Counted from the stretch's first letter, positions 40,101 through 52,700 are shown. The stretch is 64,000 nucleotides of DNA from Gnetum montanum (GCA_015680685.1 MNCI01000614.1:258730-322729); one strand, 5' to 3'. Notes: generated by a model from the letters alone, not told the origin. Made by a program: numbers and translations.

Positions 40101-41587
40101 TCATTTTCTTTAAACCTCTTATCTATCTCCAAATAGATCAGCTGTGGGAGGTTAATGGGCTATTTTCTGCTTAGAGTGATCCATGCACGAGTGGAGAAGG
40201 TAGTCACCTTACTGGGCCTTATCATTGAATTAAGGTGGTAGGCCATTATCTTGAAGCATGTATGTTCCACCATGGTGAGTGCATCATATTCTTTGTGATT
40301 CACTCCATAGCATCATTGGACCCACTCCTTTTTGACCTTTGGGTCCACTTGTGTAGAGATCTCTGCTAGCTTTGTCCCATTTTTAGGTAGGCCAAGGGCC
40401 TCTGAAATGGCCTCTATTGAGTATGACACACATATGTCCTTGATTTTCATGATGACATTAGGTTGCCTATTGTTCTAGAAGAGATAGGTCTCTCCCATGT
40501 ACCACTCTCCATTAGAAGTGATGATTGGCCAAATGGAAGAGCTTTGTAGTTGTGTTCTAATATTCCTTGGGGTAAAGTCTAGCATGGTACCATAGTTTAA
40601 TTCTTAGAGAACTGAATTTTGGATATTTCTCAATTGAATCTGCCTAAGACAGGCATTAGTCAACATGACCTCAAGGCTAGCCTTGGTCCTAGTGCCTCAT
40701 CCCAGTGGAATTACTCTATATTATCTTGGGGAATCTATTGAATAGATTCCACTTTGGACTCCCCGTGAAGAGCTCCCATTGCATGAGTTTCTATTGCTTG
40801 CTCCTATGGTTGTTCTTGTTGGCCCCTTTTAGTTCTAGGCTACTTGTCCCATGGTTTGAGCAGTCCTCCTTCCCATGGTTGCTTAGGTCTTCGTGTCATC
40901 TGTAATCATAACATGATCATGGATTAGCATTTGATGTGTAACTTTGAAACACTTTAGTACCTTATCTTCTTGGGTTAGTTACACTTGGCTAAGTTGTGAT
41001 CATGGTAGATTTAATTATTTTAATATTATTTCATTTTAATGTTTACTACAGTTTGTTAGAAAGGTTGAACTCTCATAAATTAGTGATTTCAATATTAGTT
41101 TATTGGTTAAACCTTGTGGGATTTAGAAAAAAAATTCAAAAAAAAAATTTCATTAAAAACCTAAGGTTTGTGGCCCCTACGATGTAAAGCCCACCTCTAG
41201 TAGCTAAAGGAATGAAAAATGAGGTTAATTGGACAAGTGGTTTGAAAGATATAGACATTGGAGGGTTTGCGGCTTTGAAAAATTGTAAAATATCCTCTTA
41301 CATTTGATGCTAATAGAAAAAACTTCCAAAGTGTTACGCTATGTTTATAGTATTTTTTCCATGCATCGATAGGATCATGTTGATGAAGTTAGCTTTCATC
41401 AACAAGGTGAAAATAGAAAATTTTCTATGTTTTGAATAATTAGGAAAATCAAGGAGTTTTTATATGAAACTGGAGTCCAAAGGAAGCCCAAGAAGTCTAG
41501 ACCATAATGAAATGCATGAAGAGGACTAGATAATGCACAAAGAAGGAGATTTTTTTAGGAGAATGATGGAGAAATGCTAGGAAGGAT
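37169..41587 (-). mobile_element. Athila-like element, 3' part (3' LTR from 37169, partly on a misoriented contig), cut at 41588 by element A
   Basis: The reverse complement of the LTR end, CATATGGTTGGGGGTAGGAACTGCTCGCTACTCATCA, resembles the 27480 family; LTR start TGATGAATC at 38301 on the flipped contig. Confidence 0.75.
38530..40908 (-). pseudogene. Degenerate extra ORF of the Athila-like element (Transposase_32/putative plant transposon protein-like, followed by a coiled region)
   Basis: VIMKIKDICVSYSIEAISEALGLPK...PINLPQLIYLEI...LPFPCLIQRLYKRIG; starts after an acceptor-like TTACAG|ATG. Confidence 0.65.
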
Positions 41588-43486
41588 TGTAGCGACTGGA
41601 AACATCGGTGGCTGGAAACACCGAGAGGTCGTCAGTCGGATAGTCTTAACCCTAGATCTGTGCGAGGGCTGTGCTGGATAAAATGGAAGCAGGGTGCCTT
41701 GAATTATCTGGTTGATCAAATAGGGACTTAGTCGGTGTCACTAAAATCTTTTACAAATGTGTAATTTGAAAACAATGTTTATAGCATAAAAATAATAATT
41801 ATTATATGTGAGGAAGCAAAAATGATGTAAAATACAATGATAAGCAAGAGAATAAAGTAAACTAGAGTTAAGAAATGCACCGCTTCAAGATTACGACTTT
41901 ACTTTGTCAAGGCGGATACAATCAGTTGTGCAATGCTAGGAAGCACAGAGATCCCAAAAGTAACCAGGACATTCAAAGCAAGCCAAATGTATGCTTGAAT
42001 GTAGACCCAAGAGTTAACAATGCAAAATGTTACAAAGGCAATAGAAAATAGCTAACAGAATGTTAAACGGGAATGCCAACTATTCAATTTTTGTCAACTC
42101 GCAAAAGTGCTCACAATGCTCAGGTTGGTCAACCCTTTTGATTCTGAGATTGCCAACAATGCAAAATTTGCCAACTTGCCAAATGCCCAACTTGCAATCT
42201 TGCCAATATGGTAAATTTCTTATTTGACCAAAAAATTGCCAACCCTTTGAGCATTGCTTGTTGGGGTATTTATAGGGCTAGGAGCACGCGAGAGATGCTA
42301 TTTGGATGCCACGTGTCCTGGGCCTACAAGATGTTGACGTGTCTATGCTGCATAGACATGCAAAGCTAATTGATTGATGAGCCTGCCACATTGCAATCAT
42401 GTTGTTAGAATTGGAGATGCTGGGATCAGGTGTGCCAATAGTGTAGACAAGAATTGAAGCACATTGATGTAGCATAGCTACTTGCTATGCTGTGGAGCAT
42501 AGTATGTTGGCGTAGCATAGTTGCTTGCTACACTGCACTATGATGAGGAGTGTAGCATGTTGGCATAGCGTAGACGCTTGCTACGCTGTGCTACGCTATG
42601 TGGCATAGCATAGTGTAGCCACCAGTTCGAAGAAAAAATTTGCATTGGAGTTGAATACATGTGATGGAAAATTTTGAAGTGTTTTAGCTGGTTCTGCATG
42701 TTTGCTATGCTACGTAGCGTAGCATAGTGTAGCAACTAACCTTAACTACGATTTGCATTTGAGTTGTAAATTGTTGTTTGATGAACATGCTGGCAATTTG
42801 CAACCTTTGTTTTCTACAATGTAAAGCCTTTGAACTTGCTGGTTCTACATTTTGAGATGCCTTTCGTCATTCTTGCATCATCACTACACTGTGCTACGCT
42901 GCGTAGCATAGCATAGCGTAGCAGCCAACATAGCCTACTTTCCACTTAATCTGCTACTTTTCTAGTAAGAGGAGCTTTGCGGAAGGATTTGAAGTCAAGA
43001 AAAGTAGCTGGATTTGAAGGCTGGAGGTGCTTGCTGAGTGCAATTGAAAGCACTAAGTAAGTTGGGCCTTTTTGTCTTGCTTTTGCTACATTGTGCTACG
43101 TTACGTAGCGTAGCACAACGTAGCACTTTGTCTTGCAATAGTTCACAGTTGATTGCCTAAACAGTTATTTTCCAGGGCCTGCTACACTACATAGTGTAGT
43201 GTAGCATAGCAAACTTCTTGACTAGAAAACTTGCCAAACTATTTCGCACATCCTGAGCACCACTAAAAACTTCACACATCGTTTTTGAGTAGGTTGTTAG
43301 CTGGATGAACCACCAAGGTGGGTAGGCTGGAGAGTCCATTGAGCCTATCAGCACTGGATGTAGAAAAATTGCCAAATTGAACAGTCTAAACTCAGAGCAT
43401 CCATCTCCTAGAGAACTACCATGATGCTACCTGAATTTCAAGAACCTGGTGAAGCAAGAATGCCTTGAAAATTTGGGGTGCTTTCA
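41588..43486 (-). repeat. 3' LTR of element A (~1.9 kb), TATA CCTATAAATACCC ~42270
   Basis: Homologous to 56764-58461; TG..CA termini; adjacent PPT. Confidence 0.88.
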
Positions 43487-44842
43487 TTGGCCCCTTTTTG
43501 TCAACTTTTGGAGGATGGACTCAAGAGATGCCAACAAAGAATACGAAACACCACGAAAGACAAGATGCTAACATTGCTCCTCGGTGATTGCTAGGATGTC
43601 GCTTAGCTATGCTTGAGAGTGTTTCATTGGTTACATGGGGAAAAGAGAGGGGTTAAGTAGGGAGGAAGGAGGCTTAGGGAAAATGGTAAAGATGAAACTT
43701 AGTAGAATCCCTCATCGAAGTGCTTGTGAGGGAGTTGTTTGCATGGTCATCTTTTCTTTCACTGACCTTTGACCTCTCGTTGAAATGCTTAGAGAGGGTT
43801 CTTGCAAAATGGCTAATGTGCCATCTATTTTAGGCACGCTCTTTTTTTTTTGCATGAGCTTTGCTCTTTTAAGCTTTTGCTTTTGCTATTTTACCTTTTA
43901 CATTTGCAAACAACCTTGTTGTTGCAGGATAGGTATTTCTCATGGGGCTTTAACCCACCTACAGACGCTTCCCATGCGACGAGCTGTGTTATGCGCATCA
44001 TGGACTTTGTGGTTGAGCATATGGAAGGGCTTGAAAGGCTTTGGGAAAAGACTGTAAAAGAGGGGAGAGAGTGGATTGCGAGTGTAAGGAATAAGGTAAA
44101 GGGATTTAAGGGGGAGGATAGGATGTGCACTCCAAAGTAGCTAAACTAGTCAGGACGACCACCTTGTAACGATGTAGCATTTGTTGCCATGGCGAAGCAT
44201 ACATCTAACCGACACTCCTTTGGTATGCACCCTGCAAACACAACAGAGAGCACACCAAGAGAAATAACCATGATGCAAAACAAAGGCAAAGGTCTTGCTG
44301 TGGAAGCTATTGGAGCAACAGATGTTGTTGCTGAGGTGTGTGGCATTCAAACTAGGAAGGCCAACAATGGCCTTGGCAGCATTGACGTGGAGGAGCTAGC
44401 ATTGAGGAGGCTAAGAGTTACTATGAATGCAGATGCTCAGGAATCCCCATCGAAGGCAAGCATTCTTAGTACAGCTGTGGGATGGGCTACCTAGCAGTTG
44501 AATGTCTCTTGAGCTTGGGCACTGGTGGGGGCTGGAGGATAACAATATTATGGCTGGGCCGCAATATTGGTGGTACTCCAGCAACGGGCACTGACTAGGG
44601 AAGCTACTACCAGGGCGATGGGCCATGGTGGTAGTAGGTCCGGAGGGTCAACATGATGTCATACGACATCTCTAGAGAATTAGCAAGATGCCAAGAGCAG
44701 TGGCATTGCATATGTTCCAGAGGGTATTTTCTTCGTGTTGTGAACTGCATTTTGGAACTGCAATGTCCCACCTCGTTTCGGCACTCTGCATGCTCGCTTG
44801 TTGTGTATTGTCATAGATGCATGCTGGGGACGTGCCATGAAC

Positions 44843-45435
44843 CCAGTTTAAGATCCTGGTAGACCATGATGTGCTGGTTTAAGGTCCCTGTAGACCATTG
44901 TGCTAGTTTAAGGTAACATCATAGCGGATGGTCGCTATGCTAGTTTAAGGTTCTAGCAGATAGCTGTGCTAGTTTTTCATCATAGCGGATGGTGGATGAG
45001 CTAGTTTAAGGTCCTAGCATACCATTTGTGCCAGTTTAACATCGTGGTAGATTGTTTGTAGCAATTTATAGTCATAGAGGACTAGCTGTGCCAGTTTTAC
45101 ATCGTAGCGAATGATGGATGAGCTAGTTTAAGGTGGTAGCAGATCGTCTATGCTAGTTTAACATCATGGTAGACTGTTTGTGCCAGTTTATAGTCATAGC
45201 AGACTAGTTGTGCCAGTTTTATGTCATAATGGATGATGGATGAGCTAGTTTAAGGTCCTAGTAGACCGTCTGTGCTAGTTTAATGTCATGGCGGATTGTC
45301 TGTGCTAGTTTATAGTCATAGCGGACTAGTTGTGCCAGTTTTACGTCATAGTGGACGTTGGTGAAGCTTTGCCAATTTAATGTCATAGTGAAAGTTTGCT
45401 CATCTTTGCTAGTTTTATGTCATAGTGGATGTTTG
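44843..45435. repeat. Array of ~19 x ~30-bp motif+hairpin units with a 122-bp four-monomer higher-order period
   Basis: GCYAGTTTA followed by GGTC-N6-GACC / TAGTC-N6-GACTA / ACGTC-N6-GACGT; AGCTAGTTTAAGGT recurs at 44999, 45121 and 45243. Confidence 0.9.
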
Positions 45436-45452
45436 ATTATCTGCTCCATGTG

Positions 45453-48400
45453 TTAGATGTAGTACAACTTGAGATACGAGTGATTCACCGAATTTGCAAA
45501 CTCATTGTCGTCCATGTCTGCTAGCTTGAAGGCCCTATTCCTAAAGGCTTTTTTGATCATATACGGACCTTCCCAGTTTGCTGAGAACTTGTTCATATGC
45601 TCATGGATAGCCTTGAGAATGAGGTCTCCCTTCTGTATTGGCTGTTGATGCAGATTTGCATGGTGTTTTTGCCATTTCTTGTTCTGATAATGCTCTATGT
45701 GACCCAGTGTTTGTGCACGCTCCTCCTCTATTGAGTCGAAGTCGATGATCCTTGACTCATTGTTTTGGGCTTCACTGATGACATTTGATAGGATCATACG
45801 GAGTGACGGTACCTTCAACTCAAGAGGTAACACCACTTCAGATTCAAAAACAAGACTATAAGGTGTCTTACCTGTCGTAGTCCTGCATGTCATCCTGTAA
45901 GCTCACAGCACATAGAGGATTTGCTCATGCCATCGCCTCTTGTTGTTATTAAGCATTTTATTTAGAAAGTTGATGATGGACTTGTTTGTAGCCTCTACTT
46001 GTCTATTTTCTTGTAGGTAATATGGCAAGGAGAATGATTTCCTGATCCCAGGATTGCTGCAAAAGGTTTGGGTATCTGCACTATTGAACGGTGGCCCGTT
46101 GTCGATCACAATAGGCATCGGAAGCCCAAACCTTGTCATGATGTTGTCTAAGATGAAGTGGAAAATCTACTAATATGTAGTCTTCCTCAGGGGAATAGCC
46201 TCCACCCACTTAGTAAAATACTCAGTGGATGTGATGATGAAGCCTGGCCCTATGGAATACTTAGGCGTGATAGGTCCTATGAGGTCTAGTCCCCATCGCT
46301 AGAAAGGCCATGTGATCTGTGTTGGATGTAGCTCTGTAGGTCAAACGTCTATGAGATTTGCATATCTTTGGCATGTGTCACATGTCTTGACTTTGGCCAG
46401 GCAATCACGCTCCATGTGAGGCCAGTAGTACCCTAGGCGTCTGATCTTTGCAGCCATAGCCCTAAGCGCTATGTGTCCACCATATAGTCCTACATGTACT
46501 TCATTAATTACCTTTTGCACTTACTCCTCATTTACACATGCCAGCAATATCCTATCATAGGAGTGCTTGCAAAAAGCATTATCTCCCATAAGTACATATT
46601 GCCAAGCATGCTTATTGATTGCATCTCTCTAGGCAGATGTCAATCCACTTGGGGGCTCGCAATGTTGCAGGTAGGCTTTAATGTTGGCATACCACTCCTA
46701 GGTATCTGTAGCAATGATAGAGGCTACGTGTACCACCTGAGTGATAGGCTCCACAAACTTGGTAATCAAGGTTGGAAAATTTACGAATAGGTGTGATGCG
46801 ACATTTAACGCTAGGGTGGCCAAGGCAGCTACTACGGTGTTTTCATTGCGTGGCACGTGTTGCACATCCATAGTTATAAACTGTTTGAGTAGGCTTTTTG
46901 CTAAGTCATAGTAGGGTTGCAGGTGTGTAGCTTTACAGGTGTAGACCTCAGTGATTTGATTTGCAACAAGTTGTGAATCTTTGTGAATCACCAAGTGTTG
47001 TATGCGTAGTGCTTGGGCAGTTAGAACGCCTCTGAGTAACCCCTCATACTTTGCCACATTGTTTGTACAAGGGAACACAAAACGATAAGCAAAAGGGTGC
47101 ATTTCCCTAGAGGGGAATGTAATGATAGTAGCCACACTATCTCCTCGCGCGGTTGAGGTGCTGTCTAAGTGTAAAGTAGCTTCAAGATGCTATGGGATGG
47201 CGTTGATAGTGCTAACATGCTCTTCTAGGAATTTGGAATCTATGATCAACTTGTCATCGATGGGTAAGGTCGTAAGTTGTGTTGTGATGGCTTGACCTTT
47301 CATCGATGATTGGCTCACATAATGCAAATCAAATTCTACTGTTATTGCTTTCCATCGGGCTATCCTACTACTTTCATAGAGGTTGTTTGTAATAGCCCAT
47401 AGTATATTGCTCTTACAAATAATGTTAATCTTGCTACGAAATAGGTAGTGTCTCCATTTCTTCAATGCAAACACTAAGGTAAGGTAGTTTCTCTCTACTT
47501 CATTGTATTTCACTTCATATGCTATCAATGCATGACTTACGTAATACATTGGTATCTCAGAACCATCATCCCATTTTTGACATAACAGTGCCACAATAGA
47601 CATGTCCAAGGTGGCAAGGTAGATGAAGAAAGGCTTATCCCTCTATGTTGGGTAAATAGTCGGGAGGTGCAAAAGCTCTTTCTTCAGATCATCAAAGGCT
47701 TGTTGGCATTGAGTTGTCCATTCAAAGTTAACTCCTTTGTTTAGAAGATGTTGCATGGGGTGTAACTTTTCTGTCAACTTTGCTATAAACCTTTTGATGA
47801 ACTGTACTCTACCTTGTAACCTGCGTAGTTCTTTAAGGTTTGTAGGAGGTGCCAGGTTGATCATGGCCTTAACTTTGTCAGGGTTTACCTGTATTTCAAC
47901 CTCCAATACTACAAACCCTAACATGCATCCAGTTCTCACCCTAAAGACACACTTTTTAGGATTGAGGCGTAAATTGTGCATTTGGCAGCACTTGAGGACT
48001 ACCCCTAGATCGCGTGGACGATCAGTGGCCTCTTTATATTTAACTGCTATATCATCTATGTAGTTGTTCAGCGTTTCTAGGATGTAGTCGCTAAAGATGT
48101 AAGTCATGGCTCACTAGTAGGTTGCTCCAGCATTCTTAAGCCCAAAAGACATCATGATATAACAAAAGGTACCCCATGGGGTCATGAAGGTTATTGTTAA
48201 CTGATGATCAGGGTTAATGCAGATTTGGTTGTAGCTGGAGAAACCATCCATGGAGGATAATAGAGCATGACCAACCGTAGTGTCAATGAGTTGATCGATA
48301 CTCGGAAGTGGGAAATTGTCTTTGATCATTACCTTGTTCAGATCCCGGAAGTCTATACAGATTCGTATTCCTCCCATTTTCTTAGAAACTACAATGATGT

Positions 48401-48935
48401 TAGACACCCATTCTGAGTAATTAACTACCCAGATGAAACTAGCCTGATATAGCTTGGTGATTTCATCCCGTACTGCTAGTGCAATCTTTGGTTTAATCTT
48501 GTGAGTCTTCTGCTTAACTGCCTTCATGCGTGGGTCTAAGACGATGTTGTGCTGTATCAGCCTTGGATCTAAACTCGGCATGTCACTCTATGACCATGCG
48601 AAGAATTTAATGTTATCTTGTAGAATTTTGGTTACATCTTTATGCATCTGCGAATCTAGGAGGGAACTAAGTTTCAACATTTTTATCTCCCCCTTGGATG
48701 TGGTCATAGGCATTTCGATGAGAGGGTCCTTAGTTACATCCCTGGCCTTTAAATCTAAGGCTTGGACCAGACGCTCAGGCCAGTTTGGGGATGCTTCTAA
48801 GGATGCTACGGTGCTATCTGCGGGTGATTCCCAGTCTATTAGTTCTGGGTTCAGTTGTCTTATGAATTTGCCATGTGGACCTACTAAAGCTAAAGGTGAA
48901 TAGAGATCATGATGGATTTCCATTCTTGCTCAACT
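45453..48935 (-). pseudogene. Element A pol (RT 47643-48581, RH 47190-47640, archaeal-type RNase H 46698-47190, integrase 45453-~46560); multiple stops
   Basis: RICIDFRDLNK, MDGFSSYNQI, FGLKNAGATY, YIDDIAVK; CTNNVAKYEGLL..DSQLV..HVPRNEN; DNGPPF, NRQVEATNK, WEGPY. Confidence 0.93.
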
Positions 48936-49127
48936 TGCCAAAATGAGATGAAAGTCTAGTTAAGAAGTATCTGTTTGTAGCAACTATGCATAGTGAAAAC
49001 TTGCAAAGTAGCAACTAAATGCAAATGATAGAAGTAGTTATAAAGTGTAATCATAAAATTTGCCACTTTGAGGTTGGAAAAACTGTTAGTGTAAAAGTGT
49101 GAAATTGCTGATGTGAAAATGCGAAGC

Positions 49128-49458
49128 TTCTAGTTTAATGTCATTGCAGACTGCTAATGGGTTAGAGTACTAGTTTAAGGTCGTTGCGGACCATTAGAGT
49201 GAAAAAGTTTGAAGATGGTAGTTTAAGGTCTTTGCGGACCATCTAAACATAGAAAAAAAATGCAAGACTACTAGGATAAAGAACGGAATGCTAGTAATGT
49301 AAAAATGCAAAACTGCTAATGCAAAATTGCTAGTTTAATGTCATTATGGACTACCAACAAGTAAAAGTTTGAAACTGCTAGTTTAAGGTCTTTGTAGACT
49401 ACTAACTAGTTTGAAACTATGTGCTAGGGTTGCTAGTTTAAGGTCTTTGCGGACCGCA
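49128..49458. repeat. Dispersed copies (6) of the motif+hairpin unit between the RT start and the antisense promoter
   Basis: TAGTTTAAGGTC-GTTGCG/TTTGCG-GACC etc. Confidence 0.85.
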
Positions 49459-49584
49459 AAATAGATATTTTTTGTGAAGGTGAATGACTAGTTTGAAGTG
49501 TGTCAAGGCCTTTCCCTCGGGCCCACTTGCCTTAATGCGAACAGTGTTTGCTACGCTGTGGTGGGCATGCTACACTCCATGGAA

Positions 49585-49650
49585 TACTCCGCATTAAATA
49601 GGGAGAGAGAATGATAAGTTTCCTTTTCAGGATTGTGGCTATAAATGAGG
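49585..49650 (+). promoter_or_regulatory. Putative promoter/TATA of the antisense gene, conserved in element B (63232-63300)
   Basis: CTCCGCATTAA..GAGAGA..TAAGTTTCC...TATAAAT in both elements, ~100-140 bp before the ATG. Confidence 0.65.
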
Positions 49651-49781
49651 ATTAACCCTTGGTAAACTTGTCATTTTCACCGCAACAGCACAGAGCCCAC
49701 ATTCAGAGTGCAGAGCGATTGTGCTAGTAGAGGGCAAGGCAATTTGTCGTAACAACGAAGAAAGAGTCGACAAGTGAGACG

Positions 49782-52700
49782 ATGGCTCCCAGAAAAGAAC
49801 ACAAACACTTGGCACTCACCAAGGTCGAAGAAGTGAAGGAAACCCTAGGGCGTTTGTCACAAGCGTGCATCACGGTGCGAGAAGAGACACCATTAGCTCG
49901 GTAGGCTGCTATGTCTTCTCTGTTTTCCTATGCCTCTATTATTGTTTTTTCTTTCTCTGTTTTTATTTCTACAATTTTGTTTAGCTATCTATGTTTTCTA
50001 TTATCGTGTTGTCATTGTTTTGGCCCTTACACTGTCACTGTTGTCATTTCATCCGCAGCAGATGTAAAGATGCTATGCTAAGGTTGCATGCAAGGTCTCT
50101 TAGGCCACTATCACTGCGGCTGTCATTACCTCAGAGGCCTGGATGGTTTAAGCTACTTGGCATGCAAATAACATAGCGTACAACCCTTAGGAGGGTTTGG
50201 CCATATGCGCGATGTGACAGTGTAACACGTGTTTTGTCACAGCATGATGCTAATCGCTTTGTTAGGGATAATCGTTTTGTGCATTGACTTCTTCCTTGTT
50301 TAAAGATCTGTCTTTAATTTTATTGTTGCTACGCTAAGCCGGTTTTGCTATGCTATTACGTTCATGTTTTTCTGCTATGCTATGCACATGAAGATAATCA
50401 TGCTACGCTACGCTATTTGCTAAAATGCTAATTTTGCTACGCTATGTTTGAACTTCACTCGAACATGCCATTAACATTTGTTATTGTGTTGTGTAGGGTG
50501 GCGCTAAGGCCAATCTTGATTGTCCTTGAAATCGTGGGGGTCCTGTGCTGCATGAGCGAACTAGTGGCCAATGTTCCTTTGCCCCACACATGTGTGGGGT
50601 AGCAGGCGGTCTGGTTCTGGGAGGGGGCAAAAGACTTCCTGCAATTCCTCCTCCAACGCTTCAGTGTGATCGTTTGGTCACACTTGGCAGAGGAGGTAGT
50701 GGCCATCATAACAAAAACCTTGTTGCCCAGGGCAAATCAAGGGATTATGAGATATTTGATGGATGGAGTGAGTAGCAGCTGGCAGGGAGAAGGATCCGAC
50801 CAATGCCCTAGAAATTTAAGGCGTCTGGCCTAGATCTAGGAGATGCCCGAGTATAATTGTTACCATTCCTACAATACTTTGTTTGTTGTGGAAACGTGCT
50901 TCCAAAATCCACCAGGAACCATTTACAGTGCTGGCAGGTGAGTTTTGCAATCATGTTCCACTACGCTATGCAATATTTGCTACGTTAGCCAAATGTTAAG
51001 AGTGTGTTTTTGTTACCAAGTTTTTCATCAACGAGAATGGGCTTCACGACAATACGGATGTGATGGCCATAGCATAGATGGTGCTACGGGAGTTTTCTTT
51101 TGTTGATAATTTTTGTGTAGGTGTGATAGGCCAATGCAGGGGTGAGTACAAAACCTACCCAACCTGGTATTCCAAACTCTACGACAGATGCAAGGAGTCT
51201 GGTTGGTTAGATGAGGGATGGGCACCCTTTAAGCCGATTGCCGTTGAAGATGTCTTGGTTGATCTTTTGCCATTCCCGTCACCATTTAAACCTGGTAAGC
51301 TAAATAGTAAGTTATTGCATGTAGGAGTGTCATTCCTATTTTTCTGCTACTTGTGTTTTACCTAACTTATTTTTTTTCTCTTTTTCCTTTTTTATGTTTT
51401 TATGTTATTTTTGCTAAAACTACTATAGGGGTGAAGAAGTCCCAGGAGATGATGGTGATCACCTCTGGGAACTAGGAGGCTAACGTCTACTTCAAGTACG
51501 GAGAAGTAGACAAGAGCCAATGTTGGATATGCAATGCAGCCTTAGAATCCCTGATCAAGCACCTTTAAGATGCTAGGCTCATGGATTTGTTCCTGGCCCT
51601 GAATCCAAGCGTCCCCGCCACTGAGATGCTCGCCTTGGCAGACTCCTTCTCTAAAAAGGCAGACCACTTTGGCACACATGTACACGATGTGCAAATGGTC
51701 CTTGAGATCAAGGATTAGCTTTTTTTGGACCTCTTCGGCATCCTTGCTGATGGTATCCTTGTAGGGTCAAATACCAAGAAGGTGGTGAACCGTCAGAGGG
51801 AGGAGATTGAGGAGTGGCTAGGGGTTGCAAAAGGGAAAAAGGAGATCCCCATGGAGAAGGTCAAGCTGAGAGCCGCCAAAGAGGTTTACCCTATCTTCTG
51901 TGCTCTTGCCTTTCCCCAGCTACTTTCCCAAAGAAAGATCATTGGGATTGAACAATCTTGGGTGATGTGGGAGGTCATGGAAGAGGGGGTCTGCTACAAC
52001 TGAGTTGGGCATATATGTAAAGGCTTGCAAACTAAAGTGATCGTGCTTCATAAGTAGGAATCCTGCTTCGACGTGCACTATGCCTTTTACATAGCCTACT
52101 TGCAGCATTTTGTGGAGTTTTTGGTAGTCTGTGAGAATGATGTCTAGATTATGCGAGATCGTGACCAGATTTCTAAACTGTGGATCTACCAAATCCTTTG
52201 GACGACTCGAGCCCAAGATCCTCCAAAAGCTATTGGGGAGTCATTTTCTATGATGACTAAGGATCGAGTGGCCTACAATGTTTGTGGCTAGGATAGTGTG
52301 GGAGAGGCACCCCCTACTACTATAGGCAGTGTGTCATAGGGGAAATGTCTCATCGCTGAGACGGTGGCCACCAAGTGTCAGTGAAAGAGGCCTCATTCAG
52401 ATGAGGAGCCTCCCCGTATGGTCGAGGAATAGGCACGATCACTGCAGTTTAAGCTATGCAGGAAACAACCTCCCATCGGTAAGGGTCCCTCCCCATGTCT
52501 ATCTCTTCACCTTTTGATTAAATGCTTACTACGCTATGCTACGCTAAGCAGCGTAGCATAGTGTAGCACCTAATTTAGCTAATTTGATTTAAGCTATAAT
52601 GCATTATATTTTTTTCTTTTGCTACTAGAGGAAGAAGGAGAAGAAGAAGAAGAAGGTGATGAAGAGGTGTCGGCCCCCAAGATGGGGGTGGAAAATAAAG

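Noticed and set aside
44843-45435. CRISPR-like appearance of the repeat arrays
   Set aside because: No unique spacers of 25-40 nt, units recur in higher-order repeats, no cas genes, and the context is a plant retrotransposon.
44843-45435. Hammerhead ribozyme / retrozyme
   Set aside because: No CUGANGA...GAAA core with proper stems was seen on either strand.
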